This document shows, piece by piece, positions 1 to 11,279 of a stretch of DNA of 64,000 bases. The notes under the pieces are model-generated. The model ran no database searches, was not told the DNA's origin, and saw only the letters and a program-made list of their open reading frames with translations. Location: positions 69,832 through 133,831 of the forward strand of contig RQSC01000025.1 in NCBI GenBank assembly GCA_013416795.1, in the 5' to 3' direction. Both the position numbers and the translations under genes were made by a program. Positions within the stretch are counted from its first letter, which is position 1. Each line of letters begins with the position of its first letter. Source of the DNA: Prasinococcaceae sp. CCMP 1430. Taxonomy: Eukaryota > Plantae > Prasinodermophyta.

Positions 1-345
1 GCGCGGCAGGGCGGCTGCGGACGCGCGGCGAGGTGGTGTGGTGTGGGGTGGGGTGGAGGGAGGTCGGGGTAGGGGGGTGAGAAATTGGCCGGGGCGAGTG
101 AGGGCAGGAGAGGGTGGGAGTGGGGTGGGTAGCGCATCCCGTGGGCGCAGGCGTGTGACTACCGCGCTGCCCCTTCGCCGACTCGGCCTCTGCGCCTCTT
201 CCCCGCAATCCCCCCCCCCCCCCCCCCCCCCCCACCCCCCACCCAAGCCAACCCGAGACCCGCGCAGCGGTAGGTCCGGGAGGGGGCTGGCGGCGACCGT
301 GCGCTCTCGCGGTGAGCTCACCGCGCAAACACATCCTCCATCGAA

Positions 346-377
346 ATGACGCCAGCTGCCATAGCTGCTGCCTTCGG

Positions 378-428
<51 letters not shown>

Positions 429-2247
429 GCTTGAGCGGCACATGACACTCGCGGCCGCACACGGCGGCGCGCACGCTCTTGCATCACCCTCGCTGCACCA
501 CAACCTCTTGCGGCGCGAACTCGGCGGCAGCGGATACGGGTACAGGTGCGGCGGTGGTGGCAGCGGCGCAGGCGGGAGCGCCTTCCGCCAGGCGCGTCGC
601 GCGCTGCGTCCATCGGTGGAAGGCTTCGCCTGTGACGCGAAGCGTGCACCGGGTAGCGGAATCGTGCCCATCGAGCCTCGCGGCACATTAGTGCCGCCTT
701 TCGCGCTGCGCTTCGCCAGAACGGCGCCCTCGCTGCTCGCCATTGCAGATGAGGAAGGCTTCGTCACCGTGGTCGACACGAACAGGGCCTTGGGCGATGG
801 CTCCACCGTGTACGGGGCGGCAGGGGCGGGGGTCGCGAGCGGGGAGATCCCCGCAATCCGATCGCAGTACGAGTGCCACCACAACGCCGTCTTCGACGTC
901 ACGTGGCTTAGCTGTGACACGCGGCTGCTGACGGCATCGGGGGATCAGTCCGTGAAGCTTTGGGACGCTGAACGCTGCACGAGCCTGGGCCTTTTTAAGG
1001 GCCACAAGGGCAGCGTCAAGTCAGTGACCGTGCGCCCGTCCTGCGAGGACACGTTCGCGACTGGGTCGCGGGATGGTGAGATGATGCTTTGGGACATGCG
1101 AGCGCCCGCGCATACGTGCTCACGGTCGGCACGTCAGTACGTGCCGCCGGTGTCCAGGATTCGGGCCCACCCGATGGCAGGAAAGTCGAGGCGGCGGCGG
1201 CGCGGTTCGCTCGCAAGCGACAGCCAGCAGAGCGTGACGCAAGTGATGTTCTTACGGGATGACTCCCTGCTGGCGTCTGCGGGTGCTGCAGATGGCACTG
1301 TCAAACTATGGGACGTGCGCTCGCTGAAGAAGCCCGTGGCTGCGCTTGGAGCTGCAAGCGAGTGGATAGGCGGCTCCGGAGGTGCTGCTGATGGCGACGC
1401 GAGCGTGGGCAACAACGCGCGGCTACACGGTGTGTGCTCTATGGCGCAAGACGACGGAGGCGGACGCATGGTGGTGGCACGCGCAAATGACGCCTGCTAC
1501 GTGTACGACGTGCTGCGCCCCGAGAACGGCCCCATCTCCAGGTACGCCGGTGCGAGTTTGCGCTCATTCTACATCAAGACCGACTTCGCCCCTGGCGGGT
1601 CGCATTTCGTTACCGGCTCTGCGGACAAGCGCGTGCATGTTTTTGAAGTGGACTCGCCAGAGGACGGGCCTTACACCCTGCAAGGACACACCTCCGAGGT
1701 CACTGCGGTGGCGTGGTGCCAGGCCGACGTAGGCAAGCTGGCGACAGCGGCGGATGATGGCACCGTGCGTGTATGGAGTCTTCAGCGCAACAACGAGGCG
1801 TGCGACGAACCGGACGGCATCGAGGACCCTCTGCGCTCTGCAGCCAAGCGCGGTGTGCTTGTAAAGCGCCACCGGCGAGCTATGTGTGCTGCAGCAAGAA
1901 GCATGCGTGGTGGCAGGCGAGTGTTTGGAGAGCCCACTCGTCTGGACTTCGCGGGGCTGATGGGTAGCCCCAGGGCCGCCACGGCTGCACCTGCTGACGG
2001 TCTTGCCAGCAATGTGGGCAATCCCCTCGCCTGCGCTACCGCTTCCGACGAAAATGTTGAAGGGGAGCTTGCCGCGCCGGCTGCTGCGTGGGCCGCGGCA
2101 GCCGGAGCCTCTGTCTCTGCAGCGTCGGTCGGGCTTCAAGTGGAAACGCCCATGCAGGGCGACAGGCGCTCGCCCTCGCCGAGTGGGACGTCCTCGAAGC
2201 GCGCACGCATTCAAACAGACATCGCCTCGTTCTTTCGCCGACCGTAG
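346..2247 (+). CDS. CDT2: WD40-repeat protein, denticleless/CDT2 (CRL4 substrate receptor) homolog
   Basis: 633-aa intronless ORF with DTL-type WD40 motifs (LLAIADEEGFV, HHNAVFDVTW, LTASGDQSVKLWD, GHKGSVKSV, FATGSRDG, SFYIKTDF, GHTSEVTAVAW). N-terminal polyQ; C-terminal PIP-box-like QTDIASFF. Confidence 0.85.
382..426 (+). repeat. (CAG)15 polyglutamine tract
   Basis: Perfect CAG run in frame in the CDT2 N-terminus. Shorter CAG runs occur at 18802-18831, ~22514-22540 and ~61576-61596. Confidence 0.95.
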
Positions 2248-2682
2248 CTAGAGCTAGTGGACTACAGAACGCTATGTAAAAGTACATATACCTACTACAT
2301 TTAGGACTACGTACACTGAACGTAGGACTCCATCGACCGGCTATCGGCTCTTGGCAACATTAGACCCTCATTCTCCCAGAACCTCAAAAATGCGTTTGGC
2401 CGTGTCATCACGTTGGGGTTCCGCGCTGCACGCCCTCACCGTAACCGCTGGGTGCGCGCTGCGCCGCGCTGCGCGCGTGGACCAACGGCCTCCGCCGCAT
2501 GGGGGCCGCAGTGAGGGCTCGCGCGCATGTGGTCGGGCGAGGCGAGGCGCGAGTGGGAGGGAGACGTCGACGGGTGTCAGTGCGCGTGCAGGGAGCGCGG
2601 CGCAGGCGGGGTGTGGGGTGGGGTGGGGTGGGGGGTGGGGGGGGTGACTGGGAGGGGGTCGCGGGCGACGCGGGGCTCGAAG

Positions 2683-4251
2683 ATGGCTGGCTTCCCCGCA
2701 AAGCTCGCCGCCCTTGGCGCCCTCGCGACGGCGCTCTACCTCGCGACGCCACCCGACGGCTTCGCCGGCGGGCCGCACAGGCTACCGCATGAGGTGCGCG
2801 CGGTGCGCTCGTCGCGCGTGGCGCTGCCGGATGTGTCCGGTGCGGGCGTCAAGATTGTCCCGGCGACAGTGTTCATCGGGGACGATGGCACCATTGAGAA
2901 GATCGTGGGCGAAAACGATCCGGACTCTGGGCCCGGCGCCGGCGTGTACAGCTTCGGCGACGCGCTCATTGCTCCGGGGGTAGTTGACGCCCACACGCAC
3001 CTGAACGAGCCCGGGCGCGAAGAGTGGGAGGGCTTCGAAACGGGCACGTCTGCCGCTGCTGCCGGGGGCATCACCACAGTGGTGGACATGCCGCTCAACA
3101 GTAGCCCGGTCGTCACCACGGCCGAGGCGCTCCGCGGCAAGCAGGCGGCCTCCACCGGAAAGTTGGCTGTCGACGTCGCGTTTTGGGGCGGGATCGTGCC
3201 CGAGAACGCCGCCGACGAGGCTGTGCTTGGCGAGCTCCTCGACGCGGGCGTCGTCGGACTGAAGTCGTTCATGTGTCCGTCTGGGATCGACGAGTTCGGA
3301 CACACCGGGGCAGCAGACTTCGAGGCCGCCGCGGCAGCGCTCGTCTCGCGGTCCAAGCCGCTCATGGCGCACGCTGAGAAGGCACTCGAGGGCGAGGCCG
3401 CTGCTGAGGCCAAGGCCGCAGCTGCCGCGCACGCACCGACCAGCCACGCCTCGTGGGCGCTGACCCGCCCAGGTACGATGGAGGGCGCTGCGGTCGACGA
3501 GCTCATCGCTGTGGCCAAGAAGCTCGGCAGCGGTGGCGCGCCGCGAATTCACGTCGCGCACGTCGCCGACGTCGCCGCGGCCGCCGCCATCGCCGCCGCC
3601 CAGGCTGAGGGGGTGGACATCACCGGCGAGACTTGCCCGCACTATCTCACCTTTGCGGCGGAGGAGGTGCCGGAGGGCGCGACGCAATACAAGTGCGCGC
3701 CACCCATCAGGCCAAGCGAGACGCGCTCCGCACTCGCTCAGACTTTGCGCGGAGGCGGGGCGCTCGCGATGGTGTCATCGGATCACTCTCCCGCCCCCGC
3801 CAACGTCAAGGCCTTCCCAGGCGAGCCGGGCGTCGACGGTGACTTTACGAAGGCCTGGGGTGGCATCGCTGGTCTGCAGATGCTCCTGCCCGCGACGTGG
3901 ACAGCCGTGAAGCGCGTCGGGATGGAGGTCTCCGATGCCGTACGGCTGCTCTCCGTTGCGCCCGCACAGGTTGCAGGGCTAGGGGCGAGGAAGGGCTCTA
4001 TCGCGGTCGGGAAGGACGCAGACTTCGTTGTGTGGGATCCGGAGGGCAAGTCGGTGCTCTGCGATGGGTCCAGCGAGCCAGCTCCGGGCGGGTGCACCCA
4101 GCGCAATCGCCACAAGCACAAGCTGTCGCCCTACAACAACCTTGTGCTCGACGGCGCTGTCATCGCCACCATCGTCCGTGGCAACGTCGTGTACGACGGG
4201 CGCAACGACGCTGTCAGCCAAAGCCGTAGCGGTCGGCCCGTGCTGGTCTAA
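2683..4251 (+). CDS. ALN: Allantoinase (amidohydrolase) with N-terminal signal/anchor
   Basis: Metal-ligand motifs DAHTHLNEPG, GLKSFM (carbamylated Lys), AHAE, HVAHV and SSDHSP, plus AAAAGGITTVVDMPLNS and AWGGIAGLQ. Hydrophobic N-terminus from ATG 2683 (the ORF track opens it at an upstream GTG). Confidence 0.9.
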   Translation: MAGFPAKLAALGALATALYLATPPDGFAGGPHRLPHEVRAVRSSRVALPDVSGAGVKIVPATVFIGDDGTIEKIVGENDPDSGPGAGVYSFGDALIAPGVVDAHTHLNEPGREEWEGFETGTSAAAAGGITTVVDMPLNSSPVVTTAEALRGKQAASTGKLAVDVAFWGGIVPENAADEAVLGELLDAGVVGLKSFMCPSGIDEFGHTGAADFEAAAAALVSRSKPLMAHAEKALEGEAAAEAKAAAAAHAPTSHASWALTRPGTMEGAAVDELIAVAKKLGSGGAPRIHVAHVADVAAAAAIAAAQAEGVDITGETCPHYLTFAAEEVPEGATQYKCAPPIRPSETRSALAQTLRGGGALAMVSSDHSPAPANVKAFPGEPGVDGDFTKAWGGIAGLQMLLPATWTAVKRVGMEVSDAVRLLSVAPAQVAGLGARKGSIAVGKDADFVVWDPEGKSVLCDGSSEPAPGGCTQRNRHKHKLSPYNNLVLDGAVIATIVRGNVVYDGRNDAVSQSRSGRPVLV

Positions 4252-4363
4252 CGACGTCGCCAGCTCGCGGGCTGATGTCGACAAGGCCGACCGTACATAC
4301 ATGACCGCGAGAAATTACACGCGCGCGGTGCGCGGGGTAAAATGGACACTAACAAGGGCGATG

Positions 4364-5869
4364 TCACCTGCGCAGCTCGTCGTGGGTGCCGCCACGCTTT
4401 GCAGCGGTGATGGCGCGCTCAATGCGCTCAAGTGCCGCGCCTGCGGCATTGGCAGCCGATTCGGTGCACGCCGCGGGCGTCACCCACTCGGCGGTGTACG
4501 CGCATCTCTCGGGCTCGGCGAACGCACGCACGCCGCTCTCCACACCGCACACCAAGGCGACCTCGGCGGAGCGCGCTAGCCCACCAGGGCACATGTCCCC
4601 GCCCTCGAAGAGCATTGCCGAGCCGTGCTCCCCAGGTGCCACACCCTCCGGTGCGCTCCATCCCGCGAAGCTGCCGAGCCGCGTCGATGACAGACCAGCC
4701 TTCTGCTTGGCCTCCCCGAAGGGGCACACCTCGTACGTGTATTGGCTGTCCTCGCCCGTGAAGCACTCGCCGTCTAACGGCAGATACTCCGCCGCGGGGC
4801 CGTACGTGCCGTCCTTCAGCTTCGTCTCCAGCGCAGCGGCATCCTCTGCTGTCTTGCGCGCGTCTGCGAGCTCCCTCTCGGCGGCCTGTGCATTCTCACG
4901 CGCCTCGATCAGCTCAGGTGGCGCGCTGTCGTCGCGCGGCAGGTAGTCGTCGAAAGTTTTCATGCCGAGATAGTCTCTGTACTCTCCATGGTAGTGATCC
5001 CCGTAGGGCATCTCACCGCTGTACGCGTCATCGAAGGTGTCGTAAGTCGGCGGTCCTGCACTCGCGCCCTCGACGTTGTCCTCGCCCTGCCACCGTGCTG
5101 CGACGAGCCGGCCGCGCTCCTCGGCACTTAGCTCGGCCTCCTCGGCTTCGCCCTCGCCGGAACCCACCTCGGTGTCCTCTCCACCGCCCTCTTGCAGATG
5201 CACATCATCCGCCTCCTCGTCGCTGTCGCTGTGCCTATTGGGCGCCCCCTCGCCGCCGAAGTCGTACTCATCAGCTCGGTGCTCCGTCGCACCTTCGGAC
5301 TCGTCCAGCCTGTTCGCCTCCTCGAGCGCATCCCTCGCGGCGCACGCTTCGGCCGCTCGTGCCTCCGCTTCAGCAATCTTTCCAGCGCTGCCAAGCGCAT
5401 CTGCCCGCCTCTTCGCGATGGCGTCTGCTCCCTCACGCACCAGGCGCTCGCGAATCAGCATGCCCTCTCTCGCCGTTCGCGCCTCAGCTCGCGCCGCATC
5501 GCGCAGCCTGGCCCCCTCCGCAGCGCATGTGTCCGGGCAGCCCGCCGTGCTCGCACGCTCGTCGCTCCCGTCGCAGCAGTCGCAGATGCCATCGCCGACG
5601 CGGCTCGCGGGCAGGACCAGGGGCAAACTCCCCCTGTTGTCGCAGCTGAAGCGCCCCGAGGCGCACGCCGCCGTGTGCGGCTCGTCCGAGCCATCCACGC
5701 AGTCGCAGAAATCGTCGTCGATCGCCGCTGGCGGCACGGCGACAGCGCCCCCGTCGCAGTGGCGCGCTGCGCCGCCGCCAGCGGCACCGCCGGCGCCTGC
5801 GGCAACCGCCGCCGCGAGCGCGGCGATCGACGCCACCGCTGCCGCTCTCACCTTGCGCCCCGCGCGCAT
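4364..5869 (-). CDS. Glucosidase II beta subunit (PRKCSH-like)
   Basis: Signal peptide, LDLa-like region (DDFCDCVDGSDEP..AC; SRVGDGICDCCDGSDE), acidic middle region, C-terminal MRH domain (YTYEVCPF, CPGGLARSAEVALVCG, EPERCAY) and HDEL near the C-terminus. Confidence 0.9.
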   Translation of the reverse strand: MRAGRKVRAAAVASIAALAAAVAAGAGGAAGGGAARHCDGGAVAVPPAAIDDDFCDCVDGSDEPHTAACASGRFSCDNRGSLPLVLPASRVGDGICDCCDGSDERASTAGCPDTCAAEGARLRDAARAEARTAREGMLIRERLVREGADAIAKRRADALGSAGKIAEAEARAAEACAARDALEEANRLDESEGATEHRADEYDFGGEGAPNRHSDSDEEADDVHLQEGGGEDTEVGSGEGEAEEAELSAEERGRLVAARWQGEDNVEGASAGPPTYDTFDDAYSGEMPYGDHYHGEYRDYLGMKTFDDYLPRDDSAPPELIEARENAQAAERELADARKTAEDAAALETKLKDGTYGPAAEYLPLDGECFTGEDSQYTYEVCPFGEAKQKAGLSSTRLGSFAGWSAPEGVAPGEHGSAMLFEGGDMCPGGLARSAEVALVCGVESGVRAFAEPERCAYTAEWVTPAACTESAANAAGAALERIERAITAAKRGGTHDELRR

Positions 5870-6608
5870 CGCGCTCCCAATGTCCCTGCCCCAGCCCTGG
5901 CCGCCGTGCGCGCGCGCGCGCGCGCCCTCGCTGTGTATGGCTCCGCGCAGCAGAGCGTCGCTGATCACGGCATTTGAGAGGTCAACACCCTGAGCCCTCA
6001 GCCCGCGTCTGGAACCCGGATGAATCCGTCAGGCGACGAAGATAAACCAGATGTCTGTCACAAAAACAGGGAAAAGCTGTTGGGTCTGTCTTCTCGCACC
6101 CGGGTCACAGCAGGTGCTTCTCACCTCGCTGATTTCGATGACGGGGAAGGTACCGGTTGGGGCCGCGCTGCCACGCCTGGGGTGAGGCAGGTGGGCCGAG
6201 GCGCGCCACACCGGGCGCGCTGGGGTGCGCCTCTGGCGACGGGAGGTCGAGGCCAGGCGCTGCGAGTGGGGCAGGGACCGCCGCGGGCCAGCTGCCCCCT
6301 CGCCTCTCGCAAGGGCGCCGCGCGCGCCGCGCGGCGGGGGAACTGCTCGCCATCAAAACGAATGCGTATTGACCGTTGCCGTCGATTCGTCACACCGCGT
6401 CGTGTTTCGCCTACCCACGGGAGCTCTCCAATGAGGGGTCGCTGCACTCGACATTGCGACCGATTTGATCTGGCCGAGGGTGTTGTGAACGCGCGCGCGC
6501 GAAACCAGACAGCGGCGGCGCGGCGTGCCAGTGCCTCCCTCGCGGTGTCGACGACGCTCAGGCTCGCGGCGATCACGGTCGTCCTCCTGCGCGCAGCCCT
6601 GAGAGGCG

Positions 6609-7715
6609 ATGATGCGCGCGGCGCGATCAAGGGGGGGCGCGGCGAGCGGCGCGCGCCTCCTCGGCGTCCTCGCGGCATCCGTCGCGGCGCTCGCCGCCGC
6701 CGCCGCCGCGACGCCTGCGAGCACAACTGCGGCTGCACAGGCTACGGGCGTGCGCCTTGCCGAGCTCAACGCTGCGCTTGCAGCGAAGGCAGACGCGGAC
6801 GTTGGACGCGCGCCCCTCATCGCTGCACCCGCGATCGATCCCGCCGCGCGCGCTGAGCGCGCCGTGGCGTGCCTGCGCAACAAGGCGCAGGGCCTCGGCT
6901 TCGACGCGCACTTGACCGACGTCGTCGCGCGGTTGGACGCGACCGCCGGCGGCCACGCGGGCCGCATGCGGTCGTTTCTGTATGTGGACGTCGTCAAGGC
7001 GGCGAGCTCGTCCATCCGCAAGGTGCTCGCCAGACCGCCCTTCAAGGTCAGCTGGAAGGACGAGGGTCCAAAGAGGGTTGATGGCGTTGCCGAGTCGTGC
7101 GCGACGGGCAAAAGGACAAAGACGTCGTGCTGGACGGCAGCGCAGCTGGAGGAGCGCTTCGCGAGCGTGTGGTCGGTCGTGCGCGAGCCGTCAGCCAAGT
7201 TCGAGAGCGGCGTGCGGCAGATGTGGGCGCAGCAAGGGCACACCATGCTGTCACTGCCCACGGCGGACGCGGCGCTCGACGCCTTGCTCGACGCCTTCGA
7301 GAATAGAGATGGCAAGGACAACAGGTGTTGGGGCAACGAGCACCTCCAGACGGCCGGGTGGCGGCTGAGCGGCTGCACGGGTGAGGCAGATGGCGGTGTT
7401 GGCGGCGGCGGGTGCGATCCGATCTACAACCACCTGACCATGCTTGGGACCGCCGAGACGCTAGACGCCGACTGGTTCAAGCTCGTGGGCGCTGCGATGC
7501 CCTTTGGACAGCGTCCACCGTCGCTGCCGCACGCAAACGCGAGGGCGACGGGTCAAAGTGCCCCCCCGAAGTGGAACGAGCGCGGCGAGCGTCTCGTATC
7601 GACGTTGAGCGCGGCCGGTGTGCGCCGCCTGTGCGCATCGCCGCTGTTCCAGCTTGACTACGAGTGCTTCGGGTACCCTCTGCCGCCGGAGTGCGTGAAC
7701 TCTACTCGCTCATAA
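6609..7715 (+). CDS. Putative Golgi carbohydrate sulfotransferase (Sulfotransfer_2 / CHST-like)
   Basis: N-terminal signal anchor. 5'-PAPS-like motif YVDVVKAASSSIRKVL, 3'-PAPS-like VREPSAKFESG, NEHLQT, GTAETLDADW, terminal DYECFGY. Family assignment is from recalled motifs. Confidence 0.6.
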   Translation: MMRAARSRGGAASGARLLGVLAASVAALAAAAAATPASTTAAAQATGVRLAELNAALAAKADADVGRAPLIAAPAIDPAARAERAVACLRNKAQGLGFDAHLTDVVARLDATAGGHAGRMRSFLYVDVVKAASSSIRKVLARPPFKVSWKDEGPKRVDGVAESCATGKRTKTSCWTAAQLEERFASVWSVVREPSAKFESGVRQMWAQQGHTMLSLPTADAALDALLDAFENRDGKDNRCWGNEHLQTAGWRLSGCTGEADGGVGGGGCDPIYNHLTMLGTAETLDADWFKLVGAAMPFGQRPPSLPHANARATGQSAPPKWNERGERLVSTLSAAGVRRLCASPLFQLDYECFGYPLPPECVNSTRS

Positions 7716-7857
7716 ATTTGGTAGTCTGGACTAGTCTACTGGACGGTGTGTGTATGATACACACCGTATGTACAAATATCAAAGTAACATGTGGCGTCAA
7801 TGCACGCATTTTCTGATTGCGGGCGTCCCTGCGCCCTGCTGCCGCACAAGATGGCAC

Positions 7858-9342
7858 TCAGCAGCCCGCATCCCCGCCGCCGCTCGCTGCCCCCGGCGGG
7901 CTCCGCCCGCCGTCGCGCTCGTCGTCATACATGGCTTCATCATCACTTTCGTGGTAAGTGTCGCCGCTCTCATCATCGCCATCTTGCGGCGCGGGCCCCG
8001 TCATCGGCAAGAGTTCGTCCATTTGCATCTCTGCGTGCGCGCGCGAGGCGTGGGTGGGGAAGCGCGGGCGTGTGAGCGGCCGAGGCGAGCACGCGCAGGT
8101 CTGCCCAAGGGGAAGGCGTCGCACACGACAAAATACCGCCGCGGCGCTCACGCACCCAGCATCCATTGCAGGGTCTCGGGCAAAACCTCGCGGTTGGCCG
8201 CCAGCATCGCGTGCACAAGTGTGCGTCTTTCGTCCACGCGCCGCATGCGATGCTCTGGCGTGTGGTGCTGGCCGAAGCGCCCAGGCACAGAGTGCAGGCC
8301 TGCTCGGTGGCAAGTGCCGCACAGGTCAAAGCCCACGCGCTCCGGGCAGTCCATGCAGCGGTAGCGGGCGCCAACAATGGGGTAGCTCCCGCATGCATCG
8401 CAGCCGACGTTGAAGTGAATGTACGTTTCCACATCACGGCCGCCGCCGCCGCCCACGCCCGCCGACTCAAGCCCTCCATCTGTGGCGGCGCCCTCCGCTG
8501 CAGCCTCCGCGCCCGCAATGGCCGGCGTCCCTACTACCCGCCCGGCAGCGCCTCCGACCCCGCCGTCGCACGCGCATGCCTCGGCCTCGGCCTCGCGCTC
8601 CCGCTGGGCGTAGTCGAGCGGCCGGACCGCCTTAACGAGGTCGTCGAGCTTCTTGCACACAACGAAGCGCGCGCTCTCGCCCAGCACAGGAATGCCGCAT
8701 GCTGGGCACGCCGCGGGCGCCTCGGCGACGCCTGCGGCAGCGCGTGGCACACATGTGATGCACACCGAATGCCCGCACGTGAGCACAGTCGCGCCGCGCA
8801 GGCAGCGGGCGCACGCAACGCAGTCGAGCGCCTTGTCGACGTCCGTCGGCTCGACGCGTGCGCTGCTCCCGCCGTCCCCCTCGTACTCCGCAGCCATGTC
8901 GTCTCGCCTTCGCGCGGCCTCCTCAGGGAATGCCGCCAGTAGGTGCGCATGTAGCGCCGCGCACGGTCCCGGCAGCGCCGCGCGCGGGTGGCGACAGAGC
9001 GGGCACGGCGAAGTTGGCCCAAGCGAGTTCATGCCTAGCCGTCGACGGCGACCGATCGTCAGCGCCTCACATGGCGCACGCAGCGCACTCAGCGCAGACA
9101 CACGCACACGCACGCACACGCACCAATGCACGCGCGCACGCGCACGCGCACGCACTGTGGTGGTGGCACCAGAAGCACGACACGTGTCCGCACTCGGACA
9201 CCGTAGGCTTGTCCACGAGCTCCATGCACACCGGGCATTGCCACTCATCCCACGCCGCCGCCCAGCCGCCGCCGCCGCCTCCGCCGCAGCCATCGCCCCC
9301 ACCCGCGGCCGCCACCGCGCTCAGCGCCGGCGCCCGTGACAT
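7858..9342 (-). CDS. PRT1: PRT1-like N-degron E3 ligase (RING-RING-ZZ), 3 exons
   Basis: Exons 9342-9156, 9034-8156 and 8030-7858; introns 9155-9035 and 8155-8031 (GTGCGT..AG). Splicing gives CFWCHHHSMN..CPLCR, then a second RING (CVACARCL..TCGHSVC) and a ZZ domain HFNVGCDACGSYPIVGARYRCMDC..PGRFGQHHTPEHRM, colinear with plant PRT1. Confidence 0.85.
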
Positions 9343-9903
9343 CGCCGCCGCCCAGGAGGAGCCTCGCACCGCCCAATCCTCAGCGGCGCGCACCGCACGC
9401 GAGTCGCCCCCTTCCCCACCCCCAGCGGGCGCGCGCCCCACCACCGCTGCGCCGCCGTCGCTCGGCCCGCGCGCTTTCCGAAATCATAGCTCCGTAAAAC
9501 GCTCAATTGTCCGGCGGCACACGACCGCGGCGCGGAACCGCGGATACCGCGCGCCGGAATGGCAACCGGCGGGGAAAAAGGCGCGGGGCAGTTACGAAGC
9601 CGAGTGGATTGGGTTGGGGTTGCACAGGATTTAGGATATGTCAATGAAATAGGGTTCATAGACAATAATAATTTAGGGGCGCGTTCCGCATTTTTGGAAT
9701 GTTGAAAAGCACTCTTTTGAAAGCGACGGTAAATGGTTCGCGTGGGGCTTTGGCCGTAATTGTGAGACGTGACCAAATGCATGCAGTGGCGGGGCGGAGT
9801 GCGGGGCCACACTGCGAGCGACGCGCCCGCGCAGCGCCCGCCCCCAACCCCAAACCACCACCCCCGCGAGCGCGCGTCCGCTGCAGGGCAGGGATCGCCA
9901 GCC

Positions 9904-10794
9904 ATGTCCGCGATCGCGATGGCCGCGCTCCCCCTCCTCCCCTCGCGCGCGCGCGCGCGCGCGCCCGCGCGCGCGACGCGCGCGCTCGCGGGGCGCGCGC
10001 GCCGCCAGGCGGCGCGCTGCGGCTGGGGCGACGACGTGGCCTTCGAGGCAGCGGAGGTGACGGCGGTGGAGGCCGTCTGCGGCGGATCTCTCAGCCTGCT
10101 GCGCGTGGGCGTTGGAGCGGACGCCGCCGCGGCGTACACCGCCCCCGGCCAGTACTGCCAGGTGAAGGTCGCCGGCGCCGATGACGCGGCCTTCCTGGCC
10201 ATCGCATCGCCGCCGGATGGCGGCGAGAGCGGCGAGCTCGAGTTCCTCATCAAGCCCGTGGAGGGCAAGCCCGCAGGCGCGCTGTGCGGCCTCGCGGCAG
10301 GCGACGGTGTGGAGATCACTGCGCCCATGGGCAAGGGCTTCGCGCTCGCCGACAAGCTCGGCGACGACCCCAAGGAGGTGGGCGTGTTGCTCCTGCTTTC
10401 CACGGGCACCGGGCTGGCGCCCGTGCGCGCGCTCGCGCTCGCCGATGCCTCGCGTGGCGGCCTCAAGGGCAGCGGCTTTGCCGACGTGCGCCTGATCCAC
10501 GGCGCGCGCACGGCCCTCGACATTCCCTTCGCGGACGACCTGGAAATGCTGCACCAGGCGGGCCTGGAGGTGACGTCCACGCTCTCTGCGGAGGGCGCCT
10601 GCGAGGACTTCCCCTACGAGTGGGGATGCACGGACGGCTACGTGCAGGACGTGCTCGACGAGGCGCGCGAGGATCTGGGCCTCGACGCGAGCTGCGCGGC
10701 GGTGGTCATCGGCCAGAAAGAGATGTTCGAGGGGGTTGCCGACGTGCTGGCCAAGAGCGGCATCGACAAGGCCAGGCTCTGCGCAAACTTCTGA
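9904..10794 (+). CDS. Plastid-targeted FNR-like FAD/NAD(P)-binding oxidoreductase (pKIWI502-like)
   Basis: Ala/Arg-rich transit-like N-terminus from ATG 9904; motifs PGQYCQVKV, AIASPP, EFLIK, STGTGLAPV, HGAR, GYVQD, GQKEM; terminal NF. Confidence 0.75.
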   Translation: MSAIAMAALPLLPSRARARAPARATRALAGRARRQAARCGWGDDVAFEAAEVTAVEAVCGGSLSLLRVGVGADAAAAYTAPGQYCQVKVAGADDAAFLAIASPPDGGESGELEFLIKPVEGKPAGALCGLAAGDGVEITAPMGKGFALADKLGDDPKEVGVLLLLSTGTGLAPVRALALADASRGGLKGSGFADVRLIHGARTALDIPFADDLEMLHQAGLEVTSTLSAEGACEDFPYEWGCTDGYVQDVLDEAREDLGLDASCAAVVIGQKEMFEGVADVLAKSGIDKARLCANF

Positions 10795-11279
10795 AGGTGC
10801 GGTCGCGCGGGCGGACGCGCCGCCCCCCCCTTCCGCACGTGGCGGCGCCCGCGCCCGCGCGGGCGCGGGCGCGAACGCGCCAACTCTCGCGGTGATTAGA
10901 AACACAAGTAATCTGCAGCAGCCCCGCACGCAGCGGAGCGCGTGTGCGCCAGGAGGCAGGTGGCAGGGCACTGCGTCATGTGCCGGTCACTGCGCCCCTC
11001 AGCCGCCGCCGACTGGCCGCGTGCTATACTACCCGCTGCAGGGATTTCGAAATACTTTCAGACTGTGACGAGCTAAAGGCGTGTATGAGCGAGAGACATC
11101 CGCGCTCAGCGCGTGAGCGTCGCATGGACGCTGCCACCGAGCTGACGCGACGCGCCGCCACCGCCCCGCTAGCCACCGCCCCCCTGCTGCGGTGTGTGTA
11201 CACAGTAATGATATCAACATAACAATTTGCGAGGGGCAAGGCGTGCGCGGCAGCGGCTGCGTTGGCGACGCTGCCCCCC

